64,000 nucleotides of DNA, from NCBI GenBank assembly GCA_002449145.1, contig DKCG01000023.1:237-64236 (forward strand), read 5' to 3'. Below are positions 1 through 8,914 of the stretch, piece by piece. The position numbers and the translations under genes are program-made. Source of the DNA: Christensenella sp. UBA6880. Its GTDB lineage: Bacteria; Bacillota; Clostridia; Christensenellales; CAG-917. Under the pieces are notes generated by a model. That model did not search any database, was not told where the DNA came from, and worked only from the letters and a program-made list of their open reading frames with translations. Numbering within the stretch: position 1 is the stretch's first letter; every line of letters starts with the position of its first letter.

Positions 1-265
1 ACTTTGATAAGACTATGTGCAATTCTCATTTGTTCTTTTTTCAAATCTCGGTCTGCTTGTGCCGTCGATATGCCGTTTCCGTATAATCCACATAAAAGGG
101 CGCAGACGCTTTATGCGCGCGCTTATAGTATACTTATATACTTTATTATTCATTATAATCAATATAATATCCGCAAAAATAGGCGGGGCGCGAGATAGGC
201 GATTCGCCGTTGAAAAAGATAAATAAAAATAACAAAAAAAATCTAAAAAATTTTTGCTAAAAGTA

Positions 266-294
266 TTGACAATTAGCAAAAGAGGACATATACT
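266..294 (+). promoter_or_regulatory. sigma-A type promoter of the hrcA operon
   Basis: TTGACA (266-271), 17-nt spacer, TATACT (289-294); immediately followed by the CIRCE-like palindrome. Confidence 0.6.
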
Positions 295-295
295 G

Positions 296-322
296 TTAGC
301 AATCAAAGCGAAAGACTGCTAA
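296..322 (+). promoter_or_regulatory. CIRCE-like HrcA operator (9-N9-9 inverted repeat)
   Basis: TTAGCAATC-AAAGCGAAA-GACTGCTAA versus the CIRCE consensus TTAGCACTC-N9-GAGTGCTAA; one deviation per arm; lies between the promoter and the hrcA RBS. Confidence 0.8.
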
Positions 323-345
323 AAGTCATAGCGAGGAAAGACGTT

Positions 346-1398
346 ATGAGAAAAGAGTTGACTGAAAGAAAAAAAAGAATACTGCACGCATTGGTTGACC
401 TGTATATATCTACGGGGCAGCCCGTGTCCAGTTCGGATATTCAAAGCAAGTATTTGCCCGAAGTCAGTTCTGCGACCGTGAGGTCGGAACTCAGCGCGCT
501 CGAAGCACTGGGATATATCGGACAACCGCATACATCATCAGGACGTATACCGCTTAAACAAGCATATAAGTTCTATGTGGAAACCGTCAGTGCTTCCGAT
601 AACGACAATATGCTTACCGATCAAGAAACAGCGCGTATCCGCAATAGGTTTATGAGCAAACTCGGCAAGATACAGAATATATCCAAAGAGGCGGCGAGAA
701 TAATAAGCGATGCGACAAATTACACATCGTTTGTTGTTAACAAAAACCTGCAAGACGTATTCATCGACGAGGTTAAACTCGTGCCGCTTAAAAACGGCAA
801 AGCACTTGTGCTTATCGTTACAAACAGAGGAATGATTACCGACAAGACGATAGACATTCCCGAGAATGTAAATGCGAAATACGTAGATACGGCAACAAAG
901 GTGCTGAACAAGGTTTTCCGAGGCAGAAACATCAAGGATATGGACAGATTCGACCTTACGGAAATCGATGTCGAACTCAAAGGTTTCGAGAGTATTCTCG
1001 ATGATGTGCTTGACATTCTGCGTGTTTACTTGTCGGAACATAAAGATAAAAACGTTTTCGTCGAAGGCGCGCTCAAAATGCTCGACTATCCCGAATACAA
1101 CAACGTCGAGGACGCAAAAAACTTCCTCTCGGTCATATCGGACAAGAAAAATATAGGCACTCTGCTTGCAGACAATGATAGTTCGATTGAGTTTTCTTTG
1201 CGAATAGGAAAGGAAGACAGGGGCGTCGATAAATGCGCAATCGTCACGGCTTCGTACAAAGTGGGCGACGAGGTGGTCGGCGAGGCGGGCGTTATAGGCC
1301 CCGAACGTATGGACTATAAAAAGGTTATCGGCGTGCTCGATTGTATGAAGAAAACAATCGCGAGCGTGGTGAAAGACAAAAAGAACAACGAGGACTGA
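346..1398 (+). CDS. hrcA: Heat-inducible transcription repressor HrcA
   Basis: 350 aa; N-terminal winged-helix region (ILHALVDLYISTGQPVSS) typical of HrcA; first gene of the hrcA-grpE-dnaK-dnaJ order; RBS GAGGAAAG upstream. Confidence 0.95.
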   Translation: MRKELTERKKRILHALVDLYISTGQPVSSSDIQSKYLPEVSSATVRSELSALEALGYIGQPHTSSGRIPLKQAYKFYVETVSASDNDNMLTDQETARIRNRFMSKLGKIQNISKEAARIISDATNYTSFVVNKNLQDVFIDEVKLVPLKNGKALVLIVTNRGMITDKTIDIPENVNAKYVDTATKVLNKVFRGRNIKDMDRFDLTEIDVELKGFESILDDVLDILRVYLSEHKDKNVFVEGALKMLDYPEYNNVEDAKNFLSVISDKKNIGTLLADNDSSIEFSLRIGKEDRGVDKCAIVTASYKVGDEVVGEAGVIGPERMDYKKVIGVLDCMKKTIASVVKDKKNNED

Positions 1399-1399
1399 A

Positions 1400-1996
1400 A
1401 TGAAAAACAAAGATAATTACGAAAACACAAACGAAAATAAAGTCGAAAGCCGAAACGACGAGCAATCGGAAGCGGAAGTCAAAGAGGACGAGAAAAAGTC
1501 CTTCGAGATAGAACGCGAGGGGCTGAGCGACGAGGAGTATATCGCCGCACTCGAAGAAAAACTCGGACAGGCAATCGCAGAGGCAGAAACCTGCAAAGGT
1601 TTGACTCAAAGACTGCAAGCGGATTTCGACAACTATCGCAAGCGCAACAATTCCATTGCCGAAGATATGAAGCAACTTGGACAATCCATAGTGATTGAAA
1701 AGATGCTTTCCGTGCTTGACAACTGCGACCTCGCAAGGAAGTACGTCAAAGACGAAGCGGCTCTTACGGGATTCAATATGATGGAAAGTCAGATTCTCGG
1801 CGCACTCGGCGGTTTCGGACTCTCCGAAGTGGACGCAATAGACAAAGACTTCGACGCAAAGTTTATGAGCGCGGTTGAAAGAGTCAAGGACGAAAAGAAA
1901 CAAGGCAAGGTGGTCGAAGTGCTTGCAAAAGGATATATGCTCGGAACGAAACTTTTAAGACCGGCAAGCGTAAAAGTCGGATATTGGGAAGAATAA
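1400..1996 (+). CDS. grpE: Nucleotide exchange factor GrpE
   Basis: 198 aa; acidic N-terminus, coiled-coil and GrpE C-terminal core ([16 protein letters not shown]); between hrcA and dnaK. Confidence 0.95.
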   Translation: MKNKDNYENTNENKVESRNDEQSEAEVKEDEKKSFEIEREGLSDEEYIAALEEKLGQAIAEAETCKGLTQRLQADFDNYRKRNNSIAEDMKQLGQSIVIEKMLSVLDNCDLARKYVKDEAALTGFNMMESQILGALGGFGLSEVDAIDKDFDAKFMSAVERVKDEKKQGKVVEVLAKGYMLGTKLLRPASVKVGYWEE

Positions 1997-2130
1997 GCAA
2001 AGAGTATAGAAGCAAAACAACAAACAGAAAACAAAAAAATAAGACATTTCCGCAGCAATGCGAAAACATAAAAAACAAAAATAAGAAAAATTTTTATATT
2101 CCCGTTAAAGCGGGAGAAAGGAGAAACAAT

Positions 2131-3972
2131 ATGGGAAAGATTATCGGTATTGACCTTGGCACTACAAACTCGTGCGTAGCAGTTATGGAAGGCGGTGAAG
2201 CGGTGGTTATCCCCAACGCCGAAGGTATGAGAACGACCCCGTCCGTCGTGGCGTTCACAAAGGACGGCGAAAGACTCGTCGGCGAAATCGCTAAACGTCA
2301 GGCGGTCGCAAACCCCGAACATACGGTAAGTTCCATCAAGAGAGAGATGGGCTCCGATTACAAAGTAAAAATCGAAAACAAAGAATATACGCCGCAAGAA
2401 ATCTCGGCAATGATTTTGACCAAACTCAAAAACGACGCAGAGAAGTATCTCGGCGAAAAGGTTACGGAAGCGGTTATCACCGTTCCCGCATACTTCACGG
2501 ACTCTCAACGTCAAGCAACCAAAGACGCAGGTAAGATTGCGGGCTTGGAAGTGAAACGTATCATTAACGAGCCTACGGCGGCGGCACTCGCTTACGGTAT
2601 CGATAAGGACGAAAATAAGAATCAAAAAGTCCTCATCTTCGACCTTGGCGGCGGTACGTTCGACGTTTCTATCCTCGAACTCGGCGACGGCGTATTCGAA
2701 GTTCTTGCGACGGCAGGTAACAACCGTTTGGGCGGCGACGACTTCGATAAACGCATTATGGACTGGATCACCGGCGAATTCAAGAAAGAACACGGCGTTG
2801 ACCTCACCAAAGACAAGATGGCAATGCAACGTATCAAAGAAGCCGCAGAAAAGGCAAAGATCGACTTGTCCGGCGTGACCAAAGCAAAGATCTCGCTTCC
2901 GTTCATCGCAATGGAAAACGGCGTGCCTATGCACCTCGATATGGAACTTACCAGAGCAAAATTCGATTCGCTCACCGAAGATCTCGTCAAGGCAACGCAA
3001 GGTCCTATGCAACAGGCACTTAAAGACGCAGGACTCAGTTACAACGACATCGCAAAGGTCATTATGGTCGGCGGTTCGACTCGTATCCCCGCGGTTTACG
3101 AATCCGTCAAACGCATCACCGGCAAAGACCCGTATAAGGGAATCAACCCTGACGAGTGCGTGGCTCTCGGTGCGGCAATTCAAGGCGGCGTTCTCGCAGG
3201 CGAAGTGAAAGATATGCTCTTGCTCGACGTTACGCCGTTGTCACTCGGCATCGAAACTCTCGGCGGCGTTTGCACGAAACTCATCGACAGGAACACCACA
3301 ATTCCTACGAGCAAATCGCAAATATTCAGCACGGCAGCAGACAATCAAACCGCAGTCGACATTCACGTTTTGCAAGGCGAAAGACAATTTGCTCGCGACA
3401 ACAAGACTCTCGGCAGATTCGAACTTGTCGGTATCGCACCCGCACCGCGCGGTGTACCGCAAATCGAAGTCACCTTCGACATCGACGCAAACGGTATCGT
3501 ATCCGTCAAGGCTTGCGATAAGGCAACGGGCAAATCTCAATCCATCACCATCACCGCGTCTTCTAACCTCACCGAAGCGGACATCGACGCCGCTGTCAAG
3601 GACGCAGAGAAGTACGCAGAAGAGGATAAGAAGCGTAGAGCGGTCGTGGACGCAAAGAACAACGCCGAACAACTTATCTTCGCTGTCGATAAATTCGTAA
3701 GCGAAAACGGCGAGAAACTCGAAGAAGCAGACAAGACGCAAGTCACCGAAGCGACGAAGGCCGCAACCGAAGAACTTGCAAAGGCAGAAAGCGAAGACGA
3801 CGTGAAAGCGGTTGTCGAGAAATTGACGAAAGTCACCGACCCCATCTTCACGAAGTTCTATCAACAAAACCCCGAAGCGGCTGCAGAAGCGGCAAAGCAA
3901 GCGGGAATTAATCCCGAAGACTTCCAAGGCGGCGCAAATCCGGACGGCGGCGTAGACGGAACGGTTGAATGA
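2131..3972 (+). CDS. dnaK: Molecular chaperone DnaK (Hsp70)
   Basis: Hsp70 signatures [26 protein letters not shown]. Start moved from ORF-track 1984 to ATG 2131, which follows GGAGAAAGGAG. Confidence 0.97.
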   Translation: MGKIIGIDLGTTNSCVAVMEGGEAVVIPNAEGMRTTPSVVAFTKDGERLVGEIAKRQAVANPEHTVSSIKREMGSDYKVKIENKEYTPQEISAMILTKLKNDAEKYLGEKVTEAVITVPAYFTDSQRQATKDAGKIAGLEVKRIINEPTAAALAYGIDKDENKNQKVLIFDLGGGTFDVSILELGDGVFEVLATAGNNRLGGDDFDKRIMDWITGEFKKEHGVDLTKDKMAMQRIKEAAEKAKIDLSGVTKAKISLPFIAMENGVPMHLDMELTRAKFDSLTEDLVKATQGPMQQALKDAGLSYNDIAKVIMVGGSTRIPAVYESVKRITGKDPYKGINPDECVALGAAIQGGVLAGEVKDMLLLDVTPLSLGIETLGGVCTKLIDRNTTIPTSKSQIFSTAADNQTAVDIHVLQGERQFARDNKTLGRFELVGIAPAPRGVPQIEVTFDIDANGIVSVKACDKATGKSQSITITASSNLTEADIDAAVKDAEKYAEEDKKRRAVVDAKNNAEQLIFAVDKFVSENGEKLEEADKTQVTEATKAATEELAKAESEDDVKAVVEKLTKVTDPIFTKFYQQNPEAAAEAAKQAGINPEDFQGGANPDGGVDGTVE

Positions 3973-3998
3973 TTAAGACCAAAACAATAACGAATCGA

Positions 3999-4022
3999 GG
4001 CGCAACGGGCAACCGTTGCGCC
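3999..4022 (+). other. 10-bp GC-rich hairpin with GCAA tetraloop between dnaK and dnaJ
   Basis: GGCGCAACGG-GCAA-CCGTTGCGCC; no U-tract follows, so it is more likely an attenuator or processing/stability element than a full terminator. Confidence 0.5.
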
Positions 4023-4135
4023 GAGACGTATAAAAAAGAAACTCGATTTATCGAATGTATTAAAGTTATCGAGATAACGTGCAAAAAGCACCTAAATACG
4101 AATAAAGGCAACCCGATAGGGTTGAAGAATAGATT

Positions 4136-5341
4136 ATGGCAGCAAAAAATTATTACGAAATACTCGGCGTCGAAAAGACGGCTACGGCAGACGAATTGAA
4201 AAACGCCTATCGTAAACTTGCAAAGAAATATCACCCCGATATGTACGTTTCGGCAAGCGAGCAGGAAAAGAAGGACGCAGAAACGAAGTTTAAGGACGTA
4301 AACCACGCCTACGAAGTGCTTTCCGATCCTCAAAAGCGTGCGGCATACGACACTTACGGTGATGAAAACGGACCGCAGGCCGGTGCGGGTTTCGGCGGTA
4401 ACGGATTTAGCGGTAGTGGATTTAGCGGTAATGGATTCAACGGATTTAGCGGATTCAGTACAGGTGGTATGGGCGCAGGCGGATTCGATATGGACGACAT
4501 TTTCTCGTCAATCTTTTCGGGATTCGGCGGTGGTTCGTCGAGAGCACAACGCGCAAATTCGCCTCAAAGAGGTCAGGATATTCTTGTCGGCGTTACAATA
4601 ACGTTCGAGGAAGCGGCATTCGGTACGCAAAAAACCATCAACGTCAAGAGAGTTGAAAACTGCCCCGACTGCAAAGGTACGGGCGCAAAGGACGGCACGG
4701 CGTTCAAGGTTTGTACGCAATGCAACGGCACGGGCAGAGTCACCACTACTCAACGTACGCCGTTCGGTCAGGTCAGCACGCAAGGCGTTTGTCCAACATG
4801 TCACGGCACGGGCAAGATTATCACGGAAAAGTGTCCGACTTGCGGTGGTGTAGGGCGTTTCGAAAAGGTGCGCGAAGTCAAGGTCAACATTCCTGCCGGT
4901 ATCGATTCGGGACAAAGAGTCAGATACGACAACGAAGGTCACGCAGGCTCGAACGGCGGTGAAAAGGGCGGCTTGTACGTCGAAGTCAGAGTCGCGCCGC
5001 ACAAACTCTTTTCCAGAAACGGGTTCGACGTGTTGCTCGAAGTGCCTATTTCAATCGTGGACGCAACGCTCGGCACGACTATAAAGGTTCCTACGCTTTA
5101 CGGCAATAAAGAAATCAAAATCCCCGAAGGTACGCAAAGCGGAACGGTCTTTACGATCAAGGGCTACGGCATTAAAAAACTCAAAGGCACGGGAAAGGGC
5201 GATATGTTCGTCAAGGTTGTCGTTGAAGTTCCCAAGAGTTTGAGTAAGGAACAAAAAGAACTTCTCAAACAATTCGATCAGGTTTCCGACCAGAAGAAAC
5301 AATATCCGCTCAAAAAAGCGTACGATGAGAAGGCAAAATAA
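4136..5341 (+). CDS. dnaJ: Co-chaperone DnaJ
   Basis: J domain with HPD (KKYHPD), G/F-rich linker, four CxxCxGxG zinc-finger repeats. Confidence 0.97.
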   Translation: MAAKNYYEILGVEKTATADELKNAYRKLAKKYHPDMYVSASEQEKKDAETKFKDVNHAYEVLSDPQKRAAYDTYGDENGPQAGAGFGGNGFSGSGFSGNGFNGFSGFSTGGMGAGGFDMDDIFSSIFSGFGGGSSRAQRANSPQRGQDILVGVTITFEEAAFGTQKTINVKRVENCPDCKGTGAKDGTAFKVCTQCNGTGRVTTTQRTPFGQVSTQGVCPTCHGTGKIITEKCPTCGGVGRFEKVREVKVNIPAGIDSGQRVRYDNEGHAGSNGGEKGGLYVEVRVAPHKLFSRNGFDVLLEVPISIVDATLGTTIKVPTLYGNKEIKIPEGTQSGTVFTIKGYGIKKLKGTGKGDMFVKVVVEVPKSLSKEQKELLKQFDQVSDQKKQYPLKKAYDEKAK

Positions 5342-5395
5342 GATAAATCACACAAAAGCGGCAATCTAAGCCGCTTAAATGCGAGAGTATAACGA

Positions 5396-6304
5396 ATGAA
5401 ATACAAAACTATTACGGTTTTTACAAACCATAACGACGCCGACCTCATCTCGTCAGCAATGTTTGACGCAGGTGCGGGCGGTGTTTCTATTTTGGACAAA
5501 CAAGACTTCCTCGACCTCGTAAAAAGCGACGTTATCTGGGACTACGTCGACGAAAGCGTTTTAAGTCAAAGCGAAGTGGTCAAAGTTTCCACGATGTACG
5601 AGCCCACCGACACGGGTTTTCTTGCCGCGCTCGAAGCGAATCTCGAAGAAATGAAGAAAAACGGCGTGCAATTCGGCGAAATACTGCTTGGCGAAATCGA
5701 CGCAGCGGATTACGAAAACGAGTGGAAAAAGTACTATAATCCCATAAAAACGAAGAATATAACCATAGTTCCCACTTGGATAGAATATAAGGCGAGCAAG
5801 GGCGAAAAGATTATGCGCCTTGACCCGGGAATGGCGTTTGGCACGGGTTCGCATGCAACGACGAAAATGTGCCTCGAACTTATGGACGTCGAGGGCAAAG
5901 ACGTCATCGACGTGGGGTGCGGAAGCGGCATTTTGGGTATTGCGGCAAAGATTTGCGGCGCAAAGAGCGTGTATATGTGCGACATCGACGAACAAGCGGT
6001 GGAATTTGCAAAGCGTAACGCCGAACTCAACAAAGTTGACGCAACAATAGAGAAAGCCGATTTGCTCGAAGGCGACCAACAAGCGGATTTTATATTTGCC
6101 AACATCACCGCCGACATACTTATGCGCTTTTCAAAGAGCATAGGCAAACATTTGCGCCCAAACGGAACTATCGTGTTGTCGGGTATAATTGACACGAGAC
6201 TCGACGAAGTGATACAATGTTATGAGGATGCGGGCTACGAAATCGTCGAACGTATGGCAATGGACGACTGGCGCGCGCTCAAACTCAAAAGAAAACAAAA
6301 TTAA
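5396..6304 (+). CDS. prmA: Ribosomal protein L11 methyltransferase
   Basis: 302 aa; SAM-binding DVGCGSGILG; conserved position after dnaJ. Confidence 0.9.
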   Translation: MKYKTITVFTNHNDADLISSAMFDAGAGGVSILDKQDFLDLVKSDVIWDYVDESVLSQSEVVKVSTMYEPTDTGFLAALEANLEEMKKNGVQFGEILLGEIDAADYENEWKKYYNPIKTKNITIVPTWIEYKASKGEKIMRLDPGMAFGTGSHATTKMCLELMDVEGKDVIDVGCGSGILGIAAKICGAKSVYMCDIDEQAVEFAKRNAELNKVDATIEKADLLEGDQQADFIFANITADILMRFSKSIGKHLRPNGTIVLSGIIDTRLDEVIQCYEDAGYEIVERMAMDDWRALKLKRKQN

Positions 6305-6316
6305 CCCGATTAGAAT

Positions 6317-7042
6317 ATGGAAATCAGAAGGTTTTTCGTCAATCCGCAAGACGTTTGCGCAAACGGTGAAATCGTCGTTTTTGGCGACGAGTTTTTGCAT
6401 ATGACGAAAGTTCTTCGCTACAAAACGGGTTACAAAGCGATTGTGTGCGCAAACGACGGCATAGAAAGATACTGCACGATAAAGCAAATCGACCGCGACA
6501 GAGCGATTTTGTCGGTGGACGATGAGAAAGTGCAGGACAAAAAGAGGGTGCACGTCACGCTGTTTGCAGGGCTTTTGAAGAACAATAAACTCGATTTTGC
6601 AATTCAAAAGGCGGTCGAACTCGGAATAGACGAAGTTTGTCCGTTTCTGTCGAGCAATACGGCGGAAACCAAGTTCGCAAAGGACAGGGCTGACAAAATC
6701 GCGCTCGAAGCCGCAAAACAGTGCGGTTCGGCGTATCTCACCAAAGTTTGCGAACTTTGCGATTTTCAAGACGTCGTAAAGTCGTTTGGCGACTTCGACA
6801 AAGTGCTGTTTGCCTACGAGGACGAGAAGAAAAACCGCATAAAAGATTGCGATTTGAGCGGCAAAAAGATTGCTTTGATTGTGGGCGCAGAGGGTGGTTT
6901 TACCCCCGAAGAAGCGAGAATCGCAAAAGAAGCGGGCGCGCAAATCGTGACGCTCGGCAGACGTATTTTGCGTGCGGAAACTGCCTCTATCGTGGCTTCC
7001 GCTTTACTTTTGGACACTCTGGGGGAACTTGATTATGAATGA
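6317..7042 (+). CDS. rsmE: 16S rRNA (uracil1498-N3)-methyltransferase RsmE
   Basis: 241 aa; RsmE-like with C-terminal LIVGAEGGFT motif; follows prmA as in many Firmicutes. Confidence 0.88.
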   Translation: MEIRRFFVNPQDVCANGEIVVFGDEFLHMTKVLRYKTGYKAIVCANDGIERYCTIKQIDRDRAILSVDDEKVQDKKRVHVTLFAGLLKNNKLDFAIQKAVELGIDEVCPFLSSNTAETKFAKDRADKIALEAAKQCGSAYLTKVCELCDFQDVVKSFGDFDKVLFAYEDEKKNRIKDCDLSGKKIALIVGAEGGFTPEEARIAKEAGAQIVTLGRRILRAETASIVASALLLDTLGELDYE

Positions 7043-8324
7043 CAAACTTCCCAAAATATCCGTATTTACGCTGGGTTGCAAGGTCAATCAGTACGACACG
7101 GACGCAATGCTCGCTATTTTCGAGCACTCTGGCTTCGAGATTGCAGAAGGGCTTGAATTTGCCGACGTTTACGTCATAAATTCTTGCGCCGTAACCGCCG
7201 AAGCAGAGAAAAAATCACGTCAATCGGTGGCGAGAATACTCAAAGTCAATCCCAACGCAAAGATTTTCGTGTGCGGTTGCGCTTCACAAAACAATTTTTC
7301 GCAATTTGCAAAAAACAACGTTCAATACATATCGGGTAGCGACGGAAAACTCGATTTCGCTCGCAAAATCGTCTCCGAATTTAAGGGCGAAGAAGAACAG
7401 TTCGACAAAATCGTTCCCGATAAGTTCGATATTAGTTCGGTTTTTGAGGATAACGACGGAATCGTGAATCTTCGCACGCGGCATTTTATCAAGGTTCAGG
7501 ACGGCTGCAACAACTTTTGCAGTTACTGCTTGATTCCTTACGTCAGAGGCAGAAGCCGCTCGCGCGCTATCGAGAGTATCGAAAGAGAACTCGACGACGT
7601 GCAAAACGTCGCAAAAGAGGTGGTCGTAACGGGCATAAATCTTTCCGCATACGGCAGAGATAACGGCTCGTCGCTCACCGAACTTATGAAAATGCTCTCG
7701 AAATACGATTTTGCCGTGCGACTCGGCTCGCTCGAAGTCGGCGTTGTGTCAAAAGAGTTTTTGGACGCGACGAAGGGCATAAAGAGATTTTGTCCGCATT
7801 TTCACTTGTCGTTGCAAAGCGGCGACGACAGAGTGCTTAAAGCGATGAATCGCCACTATACCTGCGACGAATACTATACGGCAGTGCAACTTATCAGAGA
7901 ATACTATCCCGACGCGGCGATTACGACGGACATCATCGTCGGTTTTCCGTGCGAAAGGGAAGAGGAATTTGAAAACTGTGTTGCTTTTGCAAGAAAAGTC
8001 GGATTTGCCGATATTCACGTTTTTCCGTATTCGTCGAGAAGGGGAACGGTTGCGGGGCGTATGCCCACACTTCCGCCCGAAGTGGTGCTCGACCGTCAAA
8101 AACGTATGAGCGCAGTCAAGCACGAACTTGTGCGCAACTACCTCAACAAGCAACTCGGTATGCCAACGAACGTGCTGTTTGAAACTCAAACGCACGGCGT
8201 TTGGTGCGGACATTCCCCGAACTACGTCAAAGTATACTCGAAAAACGGCGCGCATAACGAAATCCGTCTTATCACGCCCACGCACATCTATCTCGACGGC
8301 GTTGCAGACGACACCGTAAAATAA
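7035..8324 (+). CDS. mtaB: tRNA methylthiotransferase, MtaB/MiaB-like radical SAM enzyme
   Basis: N-terminal UPF0004-type domain (FTLGCKVNQYD), radical SAM CNNFCSYC, TRAM-like C-terminus. Start set at ATG 7035 rather than ORF-track 6972. Confidence 0.85.
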   Translation: MNDKLPKISVFTLGCKVNQYDTDAMLAIFEHSGFEIAEGLEFADVYVINSCAVTAEAEKKSRQSVARILKVNPNAKIFVCGCASQNNFSQFAKNNVQYISGSDGKLDFARKIVSEFKGEEEQFDKIVPDKFDISSVFEDNDGIVNLRTRHFIKVQDGCNNFCSYCLIPYVRGRSRSRAIESIERELDDVQNVAKEVVVTGINLSAYGRDNGSSLTELMKMLSKYDFAVRLGSLEVGVVSKEFLDATKGIKRFCPHFHLSLQSGDDRVLKAMNRHYTCDEYYTAVQLIREYYPDAAITTDIIVGFPCEREEEFENCVAFARKVGFADIHVFPYSSRRGTVAGRMPTLPPEVVLDRQKRMSAVKHELVRNYLNKQLGMPTNVLFETQTHGVWCGHSPNYVKVYSKNGAHNEIRLITPTHIYLDGVADDTVK

Positions 8325-8342
8325 AAAAAGGAAGAAATCGAT

Positions 8343-8684
8343 ATGGACAACTGCATTTTCTGCAAAATCGTAAAAGGCGATATCCCGTCTACGAAAGTCT
8401 ACGAAGACGACGATATGATTATCATAAAGGACTTGAATCCGCAAGCCCCCGTACATCTTTTGCTTATCCCCAAAGAGCATTACGCAAACATAATCGAGAT
8501 GACGGACTCTCAAGCGCAAACCCTCGCAAAATGCCTCAAAAAACTCTCTACGCTCACCGACGAATTGGGACTTCAAAACGGTTTCCGTCTCGTATCCAAC
8601 AAGGGTGAGGACGGTTGCCAGTCGGTCGGACATTTGCATATACATATACTTGGTGGACGAAAACTTAGTGATTCGATGTGCTAA
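8343..8684 (+). CDS. HIT-family (histidine triad) nucleotide hydrolase
   Basis: 113 aa; histidine triad HLHIHILGG. The last 5 codons and stop lie inside the 5' arm of repeat copy A. Confidence 0.9.
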   Translation: MDNCIFCKIVKGDIPSTKVYEDDDMIIIKDLNPQAPVHLLLIPKEHYANIIEMTDSQAQTLAKCLKKLSTLTDELGLQNGFRLVSNKGEDGCQSVGHLHIHILGGRKLSDSMC

Positions 8685-8798
8685 ATCGCGCCTAACTTTG
8701 TCAGAGGCACTCGCTCGACAACTCATTTACGATTAGTAAATTAGGGTTGCCGATCGAGTGCCTCTTTCGCGTTATGCATCGATTTAGCGCATCGAATC
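8670..8798 (+). repeat. Nested-hairpin repeat, copy A (type I loops, apical module 1)
   Basis: Outer stem 8670-8688/8780-8798 (18/19 bp, the mismatch is U.G); helix GCCTAAC:GTTATGC; loops TTTGTCA/TTTCGC; inner stem 8704-8717/8751-8764; apex CAACTCATTTACGATTAGTAAATTAGGGTTG. Confidence 0.85.
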
Positions 8799-8842
8799 TT
8801 GCAGATTTATATATAATCGGGTGTGGGCAGAGCCCACCCAAA

Positions 8843-8874
8843 ATTATTCATTATTAATTATTCATTATTAATTA
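8843..8874. repeat. AT-rich 14-bp tandem repeat (about 2.3 copies)
   Basis: ATTATTCATTATTA repeated head to tail between convergent genes. Confidence 0.6.
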
Positions 8875-8913
8875 AAAAAAACGCTCACCATTCGGTGAGC
8901 GCATTTTTTTTTT
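8874..8913. terminator. Bidirectional intrinsic terminator
   Basis: A-run, CGCTCACC-ATTC-GGTGAGCG, T-run; serves the + strand HIT region and the minus-strand 1524-aa gene. Confidence 0.8.
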
Positions 8914-8914
8914 A

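Noticed and set aside
4-306. Short ORFs at the left window edge (4..198+, 13..306-, 17..226+)
   Set aside because: They lie in the AT-rich promoter and leader region of hrcA, overlap one another in different frames, and have no RBS or motifs.
1984-2130. N-terminally extended ORF-track starts (dnaK 1984, mtaB 6972, rsmH 34819, murA 43989, nrdR 51611, sigK 53164, scpB 59834, ytfJ 61238, DD-carboxypeptidase 61561, the 210-aa Cys-capped protein 34382, the zinc-ribbon protein 17285)
   Set aside because: In each case an internal ATG preceded by a good SD coincides with the conserved family N-terminus, and the upstream extension overlaps the preceding gene or its terminator.
8685-8744. Possible stop-codon read-through or C-terminal extension: after the HIT and HMA stop codons the repeat is in the same frame and would add ...TTHLR(L/Q)VN-stop
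   Set aside because: The frame relationship is not kept in copy C1 (a stop appears after 6 codons) or in the other copies. Two out of two agreement is expected by chance one time in three. The conservation pattern follows base pairing, not codons.
8719-8749. TTAGGG (telomere-like hexamer) inside apical module 1
   Set aside because: It is a single hexamer per copy, embedded in a hairpin internal loop, with no tandem array. I regard it as coincidence.
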